36,361 nt of DNA from Gemmatimonadales bacterium. Its GTDB lineage: Bacteria; Gemmatimonadota; Gemmatimonadetes; Gemmatimonadales; GWC2-71-9. The notes under the pieces are model-generated. The model was not told where the DNA came from and did not search any database. It saw only the letters and a program-made list of their open reading frames with translations. This document shows positions 33,957 to 36,361 of this stretch, in pieces. Numbering within the stretch: the stretch's first letter is position 1; each line of letters opens with the position of its first letter. The stretch lies in assembly GCA_046715295.1 (NCBI GenBank), contig JBKJZM010000259.1, positions 1 to 36,361 on the forward strand. The letters run 5' to 3'. The position numbers and the translations under genes were made by a program.

Positions 33957-36302
33957 ATGAAACTCAATGCCGCGCGTGCGATTACAATAGCGGCCCTGAC
34001 TTGGGCGGTGGCTGGTTCTATTTCATGTAAGGGCGACGATCTGACGCCTCCGGGGCCCGCCGTTGCGGCCATCGCGGAGCTGTCGGGAAATGGCCAAGTG
34101 GGTCGGGTCGGGGAGCAGCTGTCGAATCCAATCCTGGTTCGGTTGACGGATGCCAGCAACAATCCAGTCAAGGGAGCCCGGGTCAGATTCATCGTGACCC
34201 CGGCCAGCCCCGGCGCCTCCGTATCTCCGGAGACCGCGACCTCCGGTAGCTCAGGAGAAGCGTTGACGAGGTGGACCCTGCCGACGGTTGCTGGTACCGC
34301 CACCATCGTGGCCGAGGTCGTTGGAACCTCGGGGCTCACCGTGCAGTTCTCGGCAACTGCGGCTGCCATCGAGCCTGACACTGTCGCGATCATGGGTGGG
34401 CAAGATCAAGCGGCGCCACCCCTTGCGCAGCTTCCGGAATCGCTCAAAGTGAAGGTTACAGATCGATACGGCAATCCGGTGAGCGGATTCCGGGTGACCT
34501 GGGCGTCGGTAGGAGAAGGCAGCATTAGCCCGGTGGAAGCGCCCAGCGACGCCGAGGGATATGCAGCGGCCGCCCGCACCTTGGGCGGCGGCGGTCCCAC
34601 TTCATCCTCAACTGCGACTGCCAGTGGGCTCAAGGGTTCTCCACTCACCTTCACCCACCGTGTGGTTCAGCCCGCCACAGTTGTCATACTGACCCAGCCT
34701 TCCTCGACAGCCGGAATGGGGACGCCTTTCGCTCAGCAGCCGGTAATCGAAGTGCGTGATGCAGCAGGAACCGTCCTCGACAGAATCCAAGTCGTTGCCA
34801 GTGTTGAGTCCGGAGGCGGAATCCTCAACGGAACCACGACCGCCGTAACATCGGGCGGCTCGGCCAGTTTCGAGAATCTAGCGTTGTCCGGAGCCTTAGG
34901 TGCACAGGTACTCCGCTTCACCTCCGGGTCAGCGTTCGCACTTTCGTCGCCCATTACGGTTACGGCTCCTTCCGGCGGGAGTCAGGGCCAGTGGTCGGCC
35001 CCGGTGCCCATGCCCCTAGTCGGGATCCATATGTCTCTTCTGCCGAACGGCAAGGTGATGATGTTCAGCAGGACGAGCCAGCCCTACCTATGGGATCCGT
35101 CGGGCGCCGGCACGTTCACCCAGATGCCTTTGATAACCAACGTGTTCTGCAGCGGTCACACCCTGCTTCCCGACGGGCGGCTCTTCGTTATCGGAGGGCA
35201 CATCGCTGAAGACAAGGGACTCCCGGACGGCAACATCTTCGATCCTGTGGGGAACAGCTGGACACGAGTCCCGAACATGCTCGTTGGCCGCTGGTATCCG
35301 ACCGCCACCGTGCTGCCGAACGGTGAGGTTCTGGTGTTGGGCGGACGCGATGAGCTCGCGGAGTATTCCACCGTACCCGAAATCTGGACTGGATCGGGAT
35401 GGCGCCAGCTCACGGGAACAGGGGTGGCGCGCCCCATGCCGTATTACCCCAGGATGTTCGTGGCTCCGAATGGCAAGACCTTCTTTGCCGGTCCATGGCA
35501 ATCCACCCGCTACTTCGACCAGACGGGGAACGGAAGGTGGGAGCCGGTGATCCCCCGGGTCATCGACCGCAACCGGACGTACGGTTCGGCGGTGATGTAC
35601 GAGCCCGGGAAAATCATCTACATCGGGGGTGCCGACCCGCCGGAAAACACGGCTGAGATCGTCGACCTGAACCAGCCATCGCCCACCTGGTCGATGACCG
35701 GCTCGATGGCATTCCAACGACGCCATCACAACGCCACAGTCTTGCCCGACGGCCAGGTTCTCGTCACCGGAGGTAGCAGCGCCCCGGGGTTCAACAACGA
35801 GACCGGCGCGGTGCATACATCCGAGATGTGGAACCCAGCTACGGGTGCGTGGGCCATCATGGCACCCAACGCCATCGATCGGGTCTACCATGGCACCACG
35901 CTGCTGCTACCTGACGGGCGGGTCCTGTTTGCGGGAAGTGGGGAGGGTGGTGGTGGCGTCGATCAGAAGACGTACGAGATCTACTCACCACCGTACCTTT
36001 TCAAGGGGCCGCGTCCCACGATTGCCTCGGCGCCGGCATCGGTGGCCTACGGCCAGATCTTCCAAATACAGACGCCGAATGCCGGCAGCATTCAGAAGGT
36101 AAGCATCATCCGGCTGGGCTCGGTAACCCACGCCTTCGATGAGAGCCAGCGATTCATGAGCCTCACCCATAGCGCGTCCGGTGACCAGCTGTCGGTCAGC
36201 GCGCCGCTCAACGCCAACCTGGCTCAGCCTGGGCACTATCTGCTTTCCATCGTCGACAGCAACGGAGTGCCGTCGGTCTCGAAGGTCTTACAGATCCGTT
36301 GA
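33957..36302 (+). CDS. Lipoprotein: three Ig-like (Big_1-type) repeats fused to a galactose/glyoxal oxidase-type radical copper oxidase domain
   Basis: The signal peptide plus lipobox-like sequence is ..WAVAGSISC (Cys24). Three ~100 aa repeats carry NPV(K/S)G.RV.F/W patterns. The C-terminal ~440 aa has NVFCSGH, GRWYPTA, repeated LPDG/LPNG kelch-like blades, DRVYHGTT and SVTHAFDESQR, plus a DUF1929-like tail. Confidence 0.8.
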   Translation: MKLNAARAITIAALTWAVAGSISCKGDDLTPPGPAVAAIAELSGNGQVGRVGEQLSNPILVRLTDASNNPVKGARVRFIVTPASPGASVSPETATSGSSGEALTRWTLPTVAGTATIVAEVVGTSGLTVQFSATAAAIEPDTVAIMGGQDQAAPPLAQLPESLKVKVTDRYGNPVSGFRVTWASVGEGSISPVEAPSDAEGYAAAARTLGGGGPTSSSTATASGLKGSPLTFTHRVVQPATVVILTQPSSTAGMGTPFAQQPVIEVRDAAGTVLDRIQVVASVESGGGILNGTTTAVTSGGSASFENLALSGALGAQVLRFTSGSAFALSSPITVTAPSGGSQGQWSAPVPMPLVGIHMSLLPNGKVMMFSRTSQPYLWDPSGAGTFTQMPLITNVFCSGHTLLPDGRLFVIGGHIAEDKGLPDGNIFDPVGNSWTRVPNMLVGRWYPTATVLPNGEVLVLGGRDELAEYSTVPEIWTGSGWRQLTGTGVARPMPYYPRMFVAPNGKTFFAGPWQSTRYFDQTGNGRWEPVIPRVIDRNRTYGSAVMYEPGKIIYIGGADPPENTAEIVDLNQPSPTWSMTGSMAFQRRHHNATVLPDGQVLVTGGSSAPGFNNETGAVHTSEMWNPATGAWAIMAPNAIDRVYHGTTLLLPDGRVLFAGSGEGGGGVDQKTYEIYSPPYLFKGPRPTIASAPASVAYGQIFQIQTPNAGSIQKVSIIRLGSVTHAFDESQRFMSLTHSASGDQLSVSAPLNANLAQPGHYLLSIVDSNGVPSVSKVLQIR

Positions 36303-36315
36303 TCCACACAGCAAA

Positions 36316-36346
36316 GCGGCGGGGCAAACCCCCCCCCGTTTTTTTT
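36316..36346 (+). terminator. Intrinsic terminator after the oxidase gene
   Basis: A G/C stem (cgggg ... ccccg, extendable with ggcgg/ccgcc) is followed directly by a T8 run, 15-45 nt after the stop codon. Confidence 0.6.
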
Positions 36347-36361
36347 GCCGCCAACCCCAAT

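Overview
This is a GC-rich chromosomal window from a diderm bacterium. The phylum cannot be determined from sequence alone. I saw no rRNA, tRNA, CRISPR array, transposase or integrase. Left part (1-12.7 kb): a Cys-type formate dehydrogenase alpha-like gene whose 5' end is preceded by a diverged copy of its own internal segment. It is followed by tdh-kbl (threonine to glycine), a small OM beta-barrel protein, and a minus-strand block: REC-degenerate GGDEF, sigma-54 activator, histidine kinase, NYN/LOTUS protein and 3-methyladenine glycosylase. An ~840 bp AT-richer non-coding hub (12.7-13.5 kb) separates this from the main feature. That feature is a ~20 kb locus (13.5-33.5 kb) that joins four functions, mostly on the minus strand with overlapping stop/start codons. 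(i) Wzx/Wzy-type polysaccharide assembly: priming sugar transferase, GT-C, GT2, two GT4, Wzy-like polymerase and Wzx flippase. (ii) A PAPS-type carbohydrate sulfotransferase and a signal-less sulfite-oxidase-fold Mo enzyme. (iii) Sulfate uptake: OprO/P-type porin and sbp-cysTWA. (iv) PAPS synthesis and recycling: cysN fused to a degenerate APS-kinase-like domain, cysQ, cysC, cysD and a 4-Cys Rrf2 regulator. No cysH or cysIJ lies in the window. I read this as a self-contained module for making a sulfated glycan, which is the most interesting candidate system here. It is flanked at 34-36.3 kb by a lipoprotein with three Ig-like repeats fused to a galactose/glyoxal-oxidase-type radical copper oxidase. 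Candidate regulatory DNA includes a 33 bp AT-rich palindrome upstream of the porin operon and sigma-54-like -24/-12 elements upstream of cysN and the porin. All functional calls rest on motif recognition by eye. No database search was run.
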